Assembly: GCA_019244185.1 (NCBI GenBank)
Contig: JAFATB010000024.1
Location: 1-47,679 of the forward strand
Direction of reading: 5' to 3'
Source of the DNA: Acidobacteriota bacterium
GTDB taxonomy: Bacteria; Acidobacteriota; Thermoanaerobaculia; Gp7-AA8
Length of the DNA: 47,679 bases
In this document: piece after piece, positions 39,006 to 47,679 of the stretch
Numbering within the stretch: the first letter of the stretch is position 1
How the letters are laid out: each line of letters begins with the position of its first letter
Made by a program: the position numbers and the translations under genes
The notes under the pieces: generated by a model
What the model saw: only the letters and a program-made list of their open reading frames with translations
What the model was told of the DNA's origin: nothing
Databases searched by the model: none

Positions 39006-39014
39006 ACTGACGGC

Positions 39015-40313
39015 ATGCCGTCCAGGTCGTTCGTTGTCGCGCTCGTGCTGCTCGTCGTCTGCGCGCCGCTCGCGGCGCAGAACGCGTTCACGTGGAGCTA
39101 TCGCGTGGAGCTGCGCGGCGACTACCGCCACAGCGACGACGAGCGCTTTGTCGTCGGCTTCCTTCCGTTCAAGGGTCTCAACATCGCGATGCAGACGCCC
39201 GACCCCGGCTCGCACGTCGAGCTGAACGTCGCGTCGCTGCAGCTCGACTTCGGCTACGGCGACTGGTTCGCGGCGCGCGCTCTCGTGCATGGGCAGGCGC
39301 TCGACCGCCGCAATCCGACCGGCACCGATCGCCAGACGGACGCCGACGAGCTGTGGCTGCGCTTCGGCGTGAAGCCGGAGATCCTCGACCGTCCTTCCGG
39401 AACATCATTCTTCCTGCAGGCCGGAAAGTTCCCGAAGATGGAACGCCAGCCGGTGCGCCTGCTCGAGAGCTACGGTCTCGCCGCGACGTCGTTCAACCGC
39501 TTCGAGGACGTGCAGGTGATGGGCGGCGGCAGCGTGGGACGCAACGTCTACTGGCGGCTCGTCGGCGCGAACGGCAATCCGCTGTTTTTCCGCGACTCGA
39601 ACGCGCTCGCCGGCGACAACGGCACGACGATGGTGATCCCGCCCGTCCGCAAGTTCAACACCGGTTTCCCGATCCTCTACAACGCCGAAGCGGAAGGGCT
39701 GTTCTTCAAGACCGACCACGTGCAGTTCGGGCAGGGACTCGGGTACCGCTGGCAGCGCGAAGACCAGACGATGGGCTTCGACGCGATCGTCTTCCACTAC
39801 CGCCGCACGCTCGCCGATCGCGAGCCGATCACCGGAACCTTCTACGGCGGCGATCTCGATCTCATCAACACGGTCGAGCTTCCCGGACATCCGGAGATCG
39901 CGAATCCGCTCCCGATCCACGGCAACACGAAAGAGGAGTACGGCTCACGTCTCTACGGCGAATGGCGTAACGCGACGTTGACCGCGCAGTACACGCATCA
40001 GAACGTCGCCGGCCTCGGCCGCGAAGGTTGGGAAGTCGAGACCGGCTATCGCATCCCGTTGCGGCTCGGCTTCGTCGAGTCGATCCAGCCCGCCGTGCGC
40101 GCGAGCGCGATCGACAACCACTTCGTCGGCGATCCGCTGAAGTATCCCGCGCCGAGCGTCTGGTGGGACTGGCGCAAGTACGACGGCGGCGTCCGCGTCG
40201 GCCTCAAGCATGGGCTCGACGTCACGGCCGAATACACGACGCACCAGATCAAAAACCCGCGCATCCCGCTGCATCGCAAAGAGACGATCATCACCGTTCG
40301 CTGGCGCAGCTGA
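39015..40313 (+). CDS. Putative outer-membrane beta-barrel / porin-like protein
   Basis: Signal peptide (PLAA-Q), amphipathic beta strands, QAGKF motif, aromatic C-terminus. Confidence 0.65.
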   Translation: MPSRSFVVALVLLVVCAPLAAQNAFTWSYRVELRGDYRHSDDERFVVGFLPFKGLNIAMQTPDPGSHVELNVASLQLDFGYGDWFAARALVHGQALDRRNPTGTDRQTDADELWLRFGVKPEILDRPSGTSFFLQAGKFPKMERQPVRLLESYGLAATSFNRFEDVQVMGGGSVGRNVYWRLVGANGNPLFFRDSNALAGDNGTTMVIPPVRKFNTGFPILYNAEAEGLFFKTDHVQFGQGLGYRWQREDQTMGFDAIVFHYRRTLADREPITGTFYGGDLDLINTVELPGHPEIANPLPIHGNTKEEYGSRLYGEWRNATLTAQYTHQNVAGLGREGWEVETGYRIPLRLGFVESIQPAVRASAIDNHFVGDPLKYPAPSVWWDWRKYDGGVRVGLKHGLDVTAEYTTHQIKNPRIPLHRKETIITVRWRS

Positions 40314-40353
40314 CGGCAGCCGTTTTGCTCTTCCGTGAGGCGGGAGGTTTTAC

Positions 40354-40593
40354 ATGCGTAACGAGATGATCGGCGCGGTCGTCCGGCGGGCGATCGAGCA
40401 TCCCGAGTTCCGGCGGCGGCTGATCGACAGTCCGCAGGAAGCGCTGCAGTCGCACGGCTTCGCGCTCGAGGACAACGAGATGGCCGAACTGGAGAAGATC
40501 CGCACGTCGCTCGGCGATTCGGGCGGCGACGTCGAGCAGCGCCTGGTCAGCATCGCCGAGCAATACGGCGTGCGTCCGCGTCCCGGCGAATAG
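40354..40593 (+). CDS. Small NHLP-clan (nitrile hydratase leader-like, Os1348-type) protein
   Basis: SD GGGAGG; VVRRAIEHPEFRRRLIDSPQEALQSHGFAL matches the NHLP pattern A..D..FR..L..dP..AL...G..L. Confidence 0.7.
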   Translation: MRNEMIGAVVRRAIEHPEFRRRLIDSPQEALQSHGFALEDNEMAELEKIRTSLGDSGGDVEQRLVSIAEQYGVRPRPGE

Positions 40594-40615
40594 CGTCGAT
40601 CGATTCGTCGTTTTC

Positions 40616-40648
40616 GAAACGCGCCGGCTCGCCGGCGCGTTTCTTTTT
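40616..40648 (+). terminator. Rho-independent terminator
   Basis: gaaacgcgccgg-ctcg-ccggcgcgtttc followed by TTTTT. Confidence 0.85.
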
Positions 40649-40769
40649 GCCGCGCGGCCCGTCTCAGAGGCAGCGGAATAAGGTCCGGAGGGTGGGGGTT
40701 CGTACCGTCGCCGCCGCCACAACTCGCGGAGCATCAATAGTTAATCAAGATCTCGAGGCAATTTCACGG

Positions 40770-42779
40770 ATGCGCGTTCTAACGCCGAAACGGCTGTTCC
40801 TGTCCGTCGCTTCACTCGTTTTCCTCACCACCTCCAGCTTCGCCTCGAACCCGTCGCCGCGCGCCAACGCGCGCATGGCGTACGACGTCGCGAACGCCAA
40901 CGCGGTGCTCTTCGGCGGTCAGAGCGCGTTCGATCCCGGTACGCAGCTTTCCTACGACAGCAATGAGACGTGGATCTGGGGCGGCAACCGCTGGACGCAG
41001 CGCTTTCCGGCGCATCAGCCGCCCCCGCGCACCGCGCACACGATGACGTACGACTCGCTGCGGCAGCGCGTCGTGCTGTTCGGCGGACGCCGCTCGCCGA
41101 CCGTCATCAAAGGCCCGATCACCTTCTACAACGACACCTGGATCTGGAAGAACAACGACTGGACCCAGGTAGACACCGGCAACGCGCCGGAGCCGCGCGC
41201 GTTCTCGTCGATGGCCTACGATCCGCAGCGCGACCGCGTCGTGCTCTACGGCGGCAGCCATCTCGCGGCCGACGGCACGACCGTCGAGCAGTACTACGAC
41301 ACGTGGGAGTTCGACGGCACGACCTGGACGAAGCTGACCACGACGCAGCCGCAGGTCATCAAGCCGCTCCTCACGTACGACCCGATCCGCAAAGAGATCA
41401 TCATGCTCGGCGCCAAGAGCGATGTCTCGACCGTGATGTATCGCTATGACGGCGCGACGCAGACGTGGAACCAGTTCACGCCCACCGCGCCCGCGATCCT
41501 GCCGCCGTGCGTCAACGAGTCCGCGATGGCGTTCAGCGAGCACGCCGGCGGCATCCTGCTCAACGGCGGCCTCTGCTCGACCACCACGCCCGCCGCGGAC
41601 GAGACGTACTTCTGGAATGGCAGCACGTGGACCAAGCTCACCACGAGCGGGAACTCGCGCACCACCGGCACGGCCGTCGCCGACGATCCGCTGCGCGGCC
41701 AGGTCATCTTCTTCGGCGGCACCACCCTCACCGCAGCACCGACGTCCGCGACCTATCTCTATCGCGACGGCACGTACAACTTCATCGTCAACCCGACGCG
41801 GCCGTCGCCGCGTTCGCTCGCCCGCATGGCCACCGATCCCGCCAACGGCACCGTCTGGACGGTCGGCGGCCTCGACGAGTTCAGCTCCGGCTACCTCGAC
41901 GACCTCTGGGGCTATCGCAACAACCAGTGGACGCTCACGACGCCGGCCACCAGTCCCGGCATCTGCATCTCGCCGGCCGCCGCCTTCGATACCGATCGCC
42001 AGCGGCTCGTCGTCGTCTGCTCCGGCACCGACATCTTCGAGTGGGACGGCAACGCGTGGCACTCGTTTGGGACGCTGAAGCCCGCACCCGCGCTGCGCCG
42101 CTTCGCCGGACTCGTGTACGACCAGTCGCTCAAGAAGACCGTCATGTTCGGCGGCTACGACGACACGAACTCCGCGTACCGCCAGGACACGTGGACGTGG
42201 AACGGCTCCGCGTGGGCCGAGGTGAAGAACGCGCGTCCGCCGCACCGCGGCCAGATGCAGATGTGGTACGACCCGCTCCGCCAGAAGACCGTCATCTATG
42301 GCGGCCTCGGACGCCCGAACGTCGACACGCGCGTCACGCGCTACGACGACATGTGGGAGTTCAACGGGTCGGGCTGGACGAAGATCAATACGACCTCGAC
42401 GCCGGGCATGCGCTTCGGCGCGCAGCTCACCGTCGATCCGCGCAACGGGAAGGTGCTGCTGTTCGGCGGCCTCGTCTCCGAGGTGCTCAGCGAATCGTCG
42501 AGCCGCCAGTCGTTTGCGAACGACACGTGGCAGTGGGACGGCTCGGCGAGCACGTGGACCAAGCTCGAGCCCGCGAACGCGCCGAGCCCGCGCGAGAACG
42601 GCGCGATGGCCTACGATCCCGTCGCGAACGAGCTCGTGCTGTTCGGTGGTTACGCCGGCTTCTACTTCTCGGATGTCTGGGCGTGGGACGGCAACAACTG
42701 GAAGCCGCACACCGACGGCGGACGCCGCCGCCCGAGCGGCGGCATCAGTGGCGTCGCGCCCGTGAACGTCACGCCCTAA
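40770..42779 (+). CDS. Secreted Kelch-repeat beta-propeller protein
   Basis: Signal peptide (…SSFA), about 12 repeats of P.PR...MAYD....VLFGG...DTW.W.G..W; start ATG 40770. Confidence 0.9.
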   Translation: MRVLTPKRLFLSVASLVFLTTSSFASNPSPRANARMAYDVANANAVLFGGQSAFDPGTQLSYDSNETWIWGGNRWTQRFPAHQPPPRTAHTMTYDSLRQRVVLFGGRRSPTVIKGPITFYNDTWIWKNNDWTQVDTGNAPEPRAFSSMAYDPQRDRVVLYGGSHLAADGTTVEQYYDTWEFDGTTWTKLTTTQPQVIKPLLTYDPIRKEIIMLGAKSDVSTVMYRYDGATQTWNQFTPTAPAILPPCVNESAMAFSEHAGGILLNGGLCSTTTPAADETYFWNGSTWTKLTTSGNSRTTGTAVADDPLRGQVIFFGGTTLTAAPTSATYLYRDGTYNFIVNPTRPSPRSLARMATDPANGTVWTVGGLDEFSSGYLDDLWGYRNNQWTLTTPATSPGICISPAAAFDTDRQRLVVVCSGTDIFEWDGNAWHSFGTLKPAPALRRFAGLVYDQSLKKTVMFGGYDDTNSAYRQDTWTWNGSAWAEVKNARPPHRGQMQMWYDPLRQKTVIYGGLGRPNVDTRVTRYDDMWEFNGSGWTKINTTSTPGMRFGAQLTVDPRNGKVLLFGGLVSEVLSESSSRQSFANDTWQWDGSASTWTKLEPANAPSPRENGAMAYDPVANELVLFGGYAGFYFSDVWAWDGNNWKPHTDGGRRRPSGGISGVAPVNVTP

Positions 42780-42799
42780 CGCTTCGCTTCGACACGATC

Positions 42800-42836
42800 C
42801 GAACGGCGGGCTGCGAGGTCCGCCGTTCGTCTTTTT
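42800..42836 (+). terminator. Rho-independent terminator
   Basis: cgaacggcggg...tccgccgttcg stem followed by tcttttt. Confidence 0.75.
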
Positions 42837-42856
42837 GGTGCTACCGTATGCCTCCC

Positions 42857-43819
42857 ATGGCCTCTGAACTTCTCATCCCGCAGTCCGCGTCCGGCTTCGT
42901 TCCGGGCGCCTTTCGCCGCAGCCTCGGCGACGCGCTCGAGCTCGCGCACGGCGTCGACGCTGTCGCCGCCGAAGAGCGCGCGGCCTCGCTCGCGAAACGC
43001 TCGCTGAAGAAAGACGCGAAGGTGTGGGGTCTCAATCTCGCGATCAGCATGATCGACCTCACCACGCTCGAAGGAAAGGACACGCGCGGCAAAGTGCTCG
43101 CGCTCTGCCAGAAGGCGCGCCGTCCCGATCCGTCCGATCCCGAGGTGCCGCATGTCGGCGCGGTGTGCGTCTATCCGACCATGGTGCCCTTCGTCAAAGA
43201 AGCGCTGCGCGGCAGCGGCGTGAAGACCGCCGCGGTCGCGACCGGGTTTCCGAGCGGCCAGACCTTCACCAGCATCAAGGTGCAGGAGACGCGCGAGACC
43301 GTCGCCGCCGGCGCCGACGAGATCGACATGGTCATCGACCGCGGCGCGTTTCTGTCGGGCAACCATCAGAAGGTGTTCGACGAAGTCGCCGAAGTGAAAG
43401 AGGCGTGCGGCCCCGCCCATCTCAAAGTGATTCTCGAAACCGGCGAGCTCGCGAACTACGATCAGGTGCGCCGCGCGTCGCTCATCGCGATGTACGCCGG
43501 CGCCGATTTCATCAAGACGTCCACGGGCAAAGTCGGCACGAACGCCACGCTGCCCGTGACGCTGGTGATGCTCGAGGCGATCCGCGACTTCCATCACGCC
43601 ACCGGCAAGAAGATCGGCATGAAGCCCGCCGGCGGCATCTCGAACGCGAAGCTCGCGCTCTCGTATCTCGTCGTTCTCTACGAGACGCTCGGCCGCGACT
43701 GGATGACGCCCGATCTCTTCCGCCTCGGCGCCTCCTCCCTCCTCAACGACATCCTCATGCAACTCCGCAAGGAGCGCACGGGGGCGTATCAGGGTCCCGA
43801 CTACTTTACGATTGATTGA
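42857..43819 (+). CDS. deoC: Deoxyribose-phosphate aldolase
   Basis: IDLTTL, GADEIDMV, LKVILETGEL, GADFIKTSTGK, KPAGGI, RLGASSLL. Confidence 0.96.
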   Translation: MASELLIPQSASGFVPGAFRRSLGDALELAHGVDAVAAEERAASLAKRSLKKDAKVWGLNLAISMIDLTTLEGKDTRGKVLALCQKARRPDPSDPEVPHVGAVCVYPTMVPFVKEALRGSGVKTAAVATGFPSGQTFTSIKVQETRETVAAGADEIDMVIDRGAFLSGNHQKVFDEVAEVKEACGPAHLKVILETGELANYDQVRRASLIAMYAGADFIKTSTGKVGTNATLPVTLVMLEAIRDFHHATGKKIGMKPAGGISNAKLALSYLVVLYETLGRDWMTPDLFRLGASSLLNDILMQLRKERTGAYQGPDYFTID

Positions 43820-43824
43820 CGAGC

Positions 43825-45327
43825 ATGACCACCACGATCACTGAACTCGAAACCCGCGAGCGCCTGCAGCCCGGCCTCGCTTCCTCGTCGATGCTGTGGG
43901 AGTACGCGCCGTCGCTCGAGTCGACCGACCACGTGCGCGTCGCGCCGCGCTACGAGCTCTTCATCGGCGGCAAGTTCGTCGAGCCCCACTCCGGCAAGTA
44001 TTTCGAGACCATCAATCCGGCGACGGAAGAACGGCTCTCGGAAGTCGCGGAAGCGGATGCCGAGGACGTCGATCGCGCCGTCAAGGAAGCGCGCCGCGCG
44101 TACGAGAAGGTGTGGCGCAAGATCGCGCCGTCCGAGCGCGCGAAGTACATCTTCCGCATCGCGCGCCTGATTCAGGAAAAGTCGCGCGCGCTTGCGGTGG
44201 TGGAGACGATGAACGGCGGCAAGCCGATCAAGGAGTCGCGCGACATCGACATCCCGCTCGCCGCCGCGCACTTTTTCTACTACGCCGGCTGGGCGGACAA
44301 GCTCGAATACGCGTTCCCGAATCGCAACGTCGCACCGGTCGGCGTGGCGGGGCAAATCATCCCGTGGAACTTCCCGCTGCTCATGGCGGCGTGGAAGCTC
44401 GCACCCGCGCTCGCCGCGGGCAACACGATCGTGCTCAAGCCCGCGGAGACGACGCCGCTGACCGCCATGCTGCTCGCCGAGATCATCCAGGAAGCGGAAC
44501 TGCCGCCGGGAGTCGTCAACATCTTGACCGGTGCGGGCGGCACGGGCGCGGCACTCGTCGCGCATCCCGACGTCGACAAGATCGCGTTCACCGGCTCGAC
44601 CGACGTCGGCAAGCGCATCCAGCGCGCCATCGCCGGGACGAAGAAGAAGCTCACGCTGGAGCTCGGCGGCAAGGCGCCGAACATCATCTTCGAAGACGCG
44701 CCGCTCGATCAGGCCGTCGAAGGCATCATCAACGGCATCTACTTCAATCAGGGCCACGTCTGCTGCGCCGGCTCGCGCCTCTTCGTGCAGGAGTCGGTCG
44801 TCGAGCCGATCATCCGCAAGCTGAGAGAGCGCATCGGCACGCTGCGCGTCGGCAATCCGCTCGACAAGAACACCGACGTCGGCGCGATCAACTCGCGCGC
44901 GCAGCTCGAGAAGATCCGCGAGCTCGTCGACAGCGGCGTCGAGGAAGGCGCGGAGATGGTGCAGACGCAGTGCACGCTGCCGTCGCGCGGCTTCTGGTTC
45001 GCGCCGACGTTCTTCACCGGCGTGTCGCAGTCTTCGCGCATCGCGCAGGAAGAGATCTTCGGTCCCGTGCTCTCCGTGCTCACGTTTCGCAGCCCGGAAG
45101 AAGCGCTGGAGAAGGCGAACAACACGCCGTACGGTCTGTCCGCCGGCGTCTGGACGGAGAAGGGCTCGCGCATTCTGAAGATGGCCGCGAAGCTGCGCGC
45201 GGGCGTCATCTGGGCGAATACGTACAACAAATTCGATCCCGCCTCGCCGTTCGGCGGCTACAAGGAAAGCGGCTTCGGCCGCGAGGGCGGCATTCACGGC
45301 CTCGGGCCGTACGTCACACTGAGCTGA
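43825..45327 (+). CDS. Aldehyde dehydrogenase (catalytic subunit)
   Basis: PWNFP, KPAE, FTGS, LELGGK, catalytic GHVCCAG, EEIFGP, PFGGYKESG. Confidence 0.95.
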   Translation: MTTTITELETRERLQPGLASSSMLWEYAPSLESTDHVRVAPRYELFIGGKFVEPHSGKYFETINPATEERLSEVAEADAEDVDRAVKEARRAYEKVWRKIAPSERAKYIFRIARLIQEKSRALAVVETMNGGKPIKESRDIDIPLAAAHFFYYAGWADKLEYAFPNRNVAPVGVAGQIIPWNFPLLMAAWKLAPALAAGNTIVLKPAETTPLTAMLLAEIIQEAELPPGVVNILTGAGGTGAALVAHPDVDKIAFTGSTDVGKRIQRAIAGTKKKLTLELGGKAPNIIFEDAPLDQAVEGIINGIYFNQGHVCCAGSRLFVQESVVEPIIRKLRERIGTLRVGNPLDKNTDVGAINSRAQLEKIRELVDSGVEEGAEMVQTQCTLPSRGFWFAPTFFTGVSQSSRIAQEEIFGPVLSVLTFRSPEEALEKANNTPYGLSAGVWTEKGSRILKMAAKLRAGVIWANTYNKFDPASPFGGYKESGFGREGGIHGLGPYVTLS

Positions 45328-45343
45328 AGCATTGAGCCGAACC

Positions 45344-46213
45344 ATGACACGACTCGCTGTCCGCAAAACCTACAAGCTCTACATCAACGGCGAGTTCCCG
45401 CGCACCGAATCGGGACGCTTCTATCCCGTGCGCGCAAACGGAGGAGACTTGCTCGCCAACGCCTGCCGCGGATCGAGGAAAGACCTCCGCAACGCCGTCG
45501 TCGCCGCGCGGAAAGCGCAATCGGGCTGGAGTGGCAAGACCGCGTACAACCGCGGCCAGATCCTCTATCGCATCGCCGAGGTGTGCGAGTCGCGCGCGGC
45601 GGAGCTCGCCGATGAATTGCGGCGCCAGGGTGCGAGCGCGGTCGAGGCGCGCCGCGAGATCGACGCCGTCATCGACCGCTGGGTCTATTACGCCGGCTGG
45701 AGCGACAAGTACGCGCAGGTCTTCGGCTCCGTGAATCCCGTCGCGGGACCGTATTACAACTTCACCGTACCGGAGCCGACCGGCGTCGTCGGCGTGGTCG
45801 CTCCCGAAGAGCCGTCGCTCCTCGGACTCGTCAGCCGTATCGCGCCGGTGATCGTCGGCGGCAACACCGTCATCGCGATCACATCGGAGTCGAAGCCGCT
45901 CGCCGCCATCACGATGGGCGAGGTCTTCGAGACGTCCGACGTGCCCGCCGGCGTCATCAATCTCATCTCGGGATTGAAGAGCGAGCTCGTGCCGTGGCTC
46001 GCCGCGCACATGGACGTCAACGCGATCGATACGACCGGCGTGGCGGACGAGGCTGTGGCGAAGGTGCAGCAGACCGCGGCCGAGAACGTGAAGCGCGTCG
46101 TGCATTTCGACGGCGCGTCGATCGGTTGGGACGACGCGCGCCGCGCGCAGAGCCCGTACGCGATCCTCGACTTTCAGGAGTCGAAGACCGTGTGGCATCC
46201 GATGGGGATGTAG
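45344..46213 (+). CDS. Short aldehyde-dehydrogenase-like protein lacking the catalytic domain
   Basis: KTYKLYINGEFPRTESGR, EPTGVVG, KTVWHP; no ELGGK and no catalytic Cys region. Confidence 0.88.
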   Translation: MTRLAVRKTYKLYINGEFPRTESGRFYPVRANGGDLLANACRGSRKDLRNAVVAARKAQSGWSGKTAYNRGQILYRIAEVCESRAAELADELRRQGASAVEARREIDAVIDRWVYYAGWSDKYAQVFGSVNPVAGPYYNFTVPEPTGVVGVVAPEEPSLLGLVSRIAPVIVGGNTVIAITSESKPLAAITMGEVFETSDVPAGVINLISGLKSELVPWLAAHMDVNAIDTTGVADEAVAKVQQTAAENVKRVVHFDGASIGWDDARRAQSPYAILDFQESKTVWHPMGM

Positions 46214-47172
46214 TGCGGCGCGTCCTCGCGCTGCTGCTCGTCGCGTACGCCGCGCGGGCCGCCGCGCCGCCGCGTGTTCTCGAGAGCTTCATCACCACGA
46301 GCGACGGCGTGCGTCTGTTCGTGCGCCGCGTCGGCAGCGGACCGCAGACGGTCGTGTATCTGCACGGCGGTCCCGGCGGTCACATGGCGGACGCGGGCTA
46401 TGCGATGGAGCCGCTCGCGGCGAACCGGACGCTGGTGCTGTACGACCAGCGCGGCAGCGGCCGCTCGGATCTCGTGTCCGATCCGAAGAAGCTGACGGCC
46501 GCGCGCCATGTCGCCGATCTCGAAGAGCTGCGGCAGCAGCTGAAGATGGAGCGCATGTCGCTGATCGGCTTCTCGTGGGGCTCGGGGCTGGCGGCGTTGT
46601 ACGCGTCGAAGTATCCGAAGCGCGTCGAGCGCATTCTGTTTCTCAGTCCGATGCCGCCGGCGAAGAGCTTCGACGCGGAGCGCACGGCCGCGATGCGGCG
46701 CTCGCTGGGACCGGCGGGGATCACGCGGCGCGGGGAGATCGCATCGAAGATGCGTCACGCGAGCGATGCGGAAGTCATCGAGCTCTGCAGGCAGCGCGTC
46801 GACCTCATCTACCACGCGTATGTCGCGCATCCGGAGTCGTTGCGGCGTTCGCGGGACCGGTGTGATTCGAGCGCGGCGGCGATCCGCAACGCGCGCGTCG
46901 TGCTGTTTCTCACGCTGCAGTCGCTCGCCGAGTGGGATTTTCGTCCGCTGCTGAAGTCGCTAGCGGTCCCGGCGCTGGTCGTCGAAGGCGCGAAGACCAC
47001 GGTCCCGCTCGATGCGACGCGGGAGTGGGCGAGGGTGGTGCCGCGGGCGCGGCTGCTGCTGATCCCCGACGCGGGACATGCGAACTGGCTCGACCAGCCC
47101 GAGGCGTTTCGGGCGGCGGCGGAGACGTTCCTGCGAGGGGAGTTCCCCGCGGCGGCGCGAAGCGTGCAATGA
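46213..47172 (+). CDS. Secreted alpha/beta hydrolase (proline iminopeptidase-like)
   Basis: Signal peptide, HGGPG, YDQRGSG, GFSWG, AGH; start GTG 46213. Confidence 0.85.
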   Translation: MRRVLALLLVAYAARAAAPPRVLESFITTSDGVRLFVRRVGSGPQTVVYLHGGPGGHMADAGYAMEPLAANRTLVLYDQRGSGRSDLVSDPKKLTAARHVADLEELRQQLKMERMSLIGFSWGSGLAALYASKYPKRVERILFLSPMPPAKSFDAERTAAMRRSLGPAGITRRGEIASKMRHASDAEVIELCRQRVDLIYHAYVAHPESLRRSRDRCDSSAAAIRNARVVLFLTLQSLAEWDFRPLLKSLAVPALVVEGAKTTVPLDATREWARVVPRARLLLIPDAGHANWLDQPEAFRAAAETFLRGEFPAAARSVQ

Positions 47173-47227
47173 CGTGCCGCCCGCGGGAATGTCCTGCGGC
47201 GCGTGCTGTTATCTCACGTCCGCGCAC

Positions 47228-47256
47228 TTGAAAGCCGGCGAGCCCGGCAGCAAATT
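47228..47256 (+). promoter_or_regulatory. Putative rRNA operon promoter
   Basis: TTGAAA-17 nt-CAAATT followed by GC-rich GTGCGGCGC, at the start of the lower-GC rrn leader. Confidence 0.4.
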
Positions 47257-47470
47257 GTGCGGCGCTGAAATAAGCGGTGGCTCTTTCCAGTTAGCAGCGG
47301 TCCCGGCGACGAAAAGAAGCCGGCGAAGCAAACCGCGGTGAGCAGTAAGCTTTGAAATAACAAACGGTTGCGCGGGGTTATCGATCATCCAACGCAACGA
47401 ACACCGGATCGGTGGTGAGCACGAAGCGAACGAGTCGCGCTCAGCATCGATCCGATGCGATCCGCAGCCG

Positions 47471-47482
47471 GTTCCTTGACAA
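47471..47482 (+). promoter_or_regulatory. boxA-like rrn antitermination element
   Basis: GTTCCTTGACAA about 140 nt upstream of the 16S 5' end, resembling the boxA consensus. Confidence 0.5.
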
Positions 47483-47620
47483 CTGAATAGGAAAGCAACG
47501 AAGGCAAACGTGATTCCTTTGAGGCGCACTGAGAAGGTGCGGCTCAACAGAAACAACTAAGAAGTATCCGAATAAGCATCAGACGTTTGTCTGGTGTCAG
47601 AGCTTCAAATTCAACAGATA

Positions 47621-47679
47621 AAACTGGAGAGTTTGATCCTGGCTCAGAATGAACGCTGGCGGCGTGCTTTACACATGCA
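47621..47679 (+). rRNA. rrs: 16S rRNA 5' end (truncated by the window)
   Basis: AGAGTTTGATCCTGGCTCAG (27F site) at 47628-47647, then AACGCTGGCGGCG...ACACATGCA. Confidence 0.98.

Noticed and set aside
47209-47556. 115-aa minus-strand ORF and lower-GC region suggesting foreign DNA
   Set aside because: This is the rRNA operon promoter and leader; the composition shift is expected there.

Overview
High-GC, gene-dense bacterial chromosomal segment. It starts inside a REC-PAS-GGDEF-EAL gene and ends just inside a 16S rRNA gene, which looks like a whole assembly contig. Gene content and style suggest Acidobacteriota, possibly Thermoanaerobaculia; this is inference and no search was run. About 42 real CDSs are present, and most other ORFs in the track are antisense shadows of GC-rich genes. 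Housekeeping genes: dnaE, kgd/sucA (E2-E1 fusion), metB-like, speB, trxC and deoC-ALDH-ALDH. Signalling genes: two histidine kinases, a response regulator, three GGDEF/EAL proteins and a PAS/DUF4388 protein. Several secreted or outer-membrane proteins are also encoded. The best candidate for an undescribed system is a tightly coupled four-gene operon at 23021-25795. Two otherwise unrelated small proteins there end in the same DDTPGND tag, and they alternate with an orphan SAF/CpaB-like protein and a membrane protein carrying a truncated DUF11-like domain. Other notable signals: -10-like hexamers directly upstream of many start codons (leaderless transcription, including a 15-bp bidirectional promoter), a ~115-aa acidic insertion in DnaE, a heptamer-repeat palindrome, a DUF2946-like Cys-rich leader ahead of a beta-barrel, an orphan NHLP-like peptide, and a possible chimeric junction at the left end. 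No CRISPR array, tRNA or mobile element was seen.
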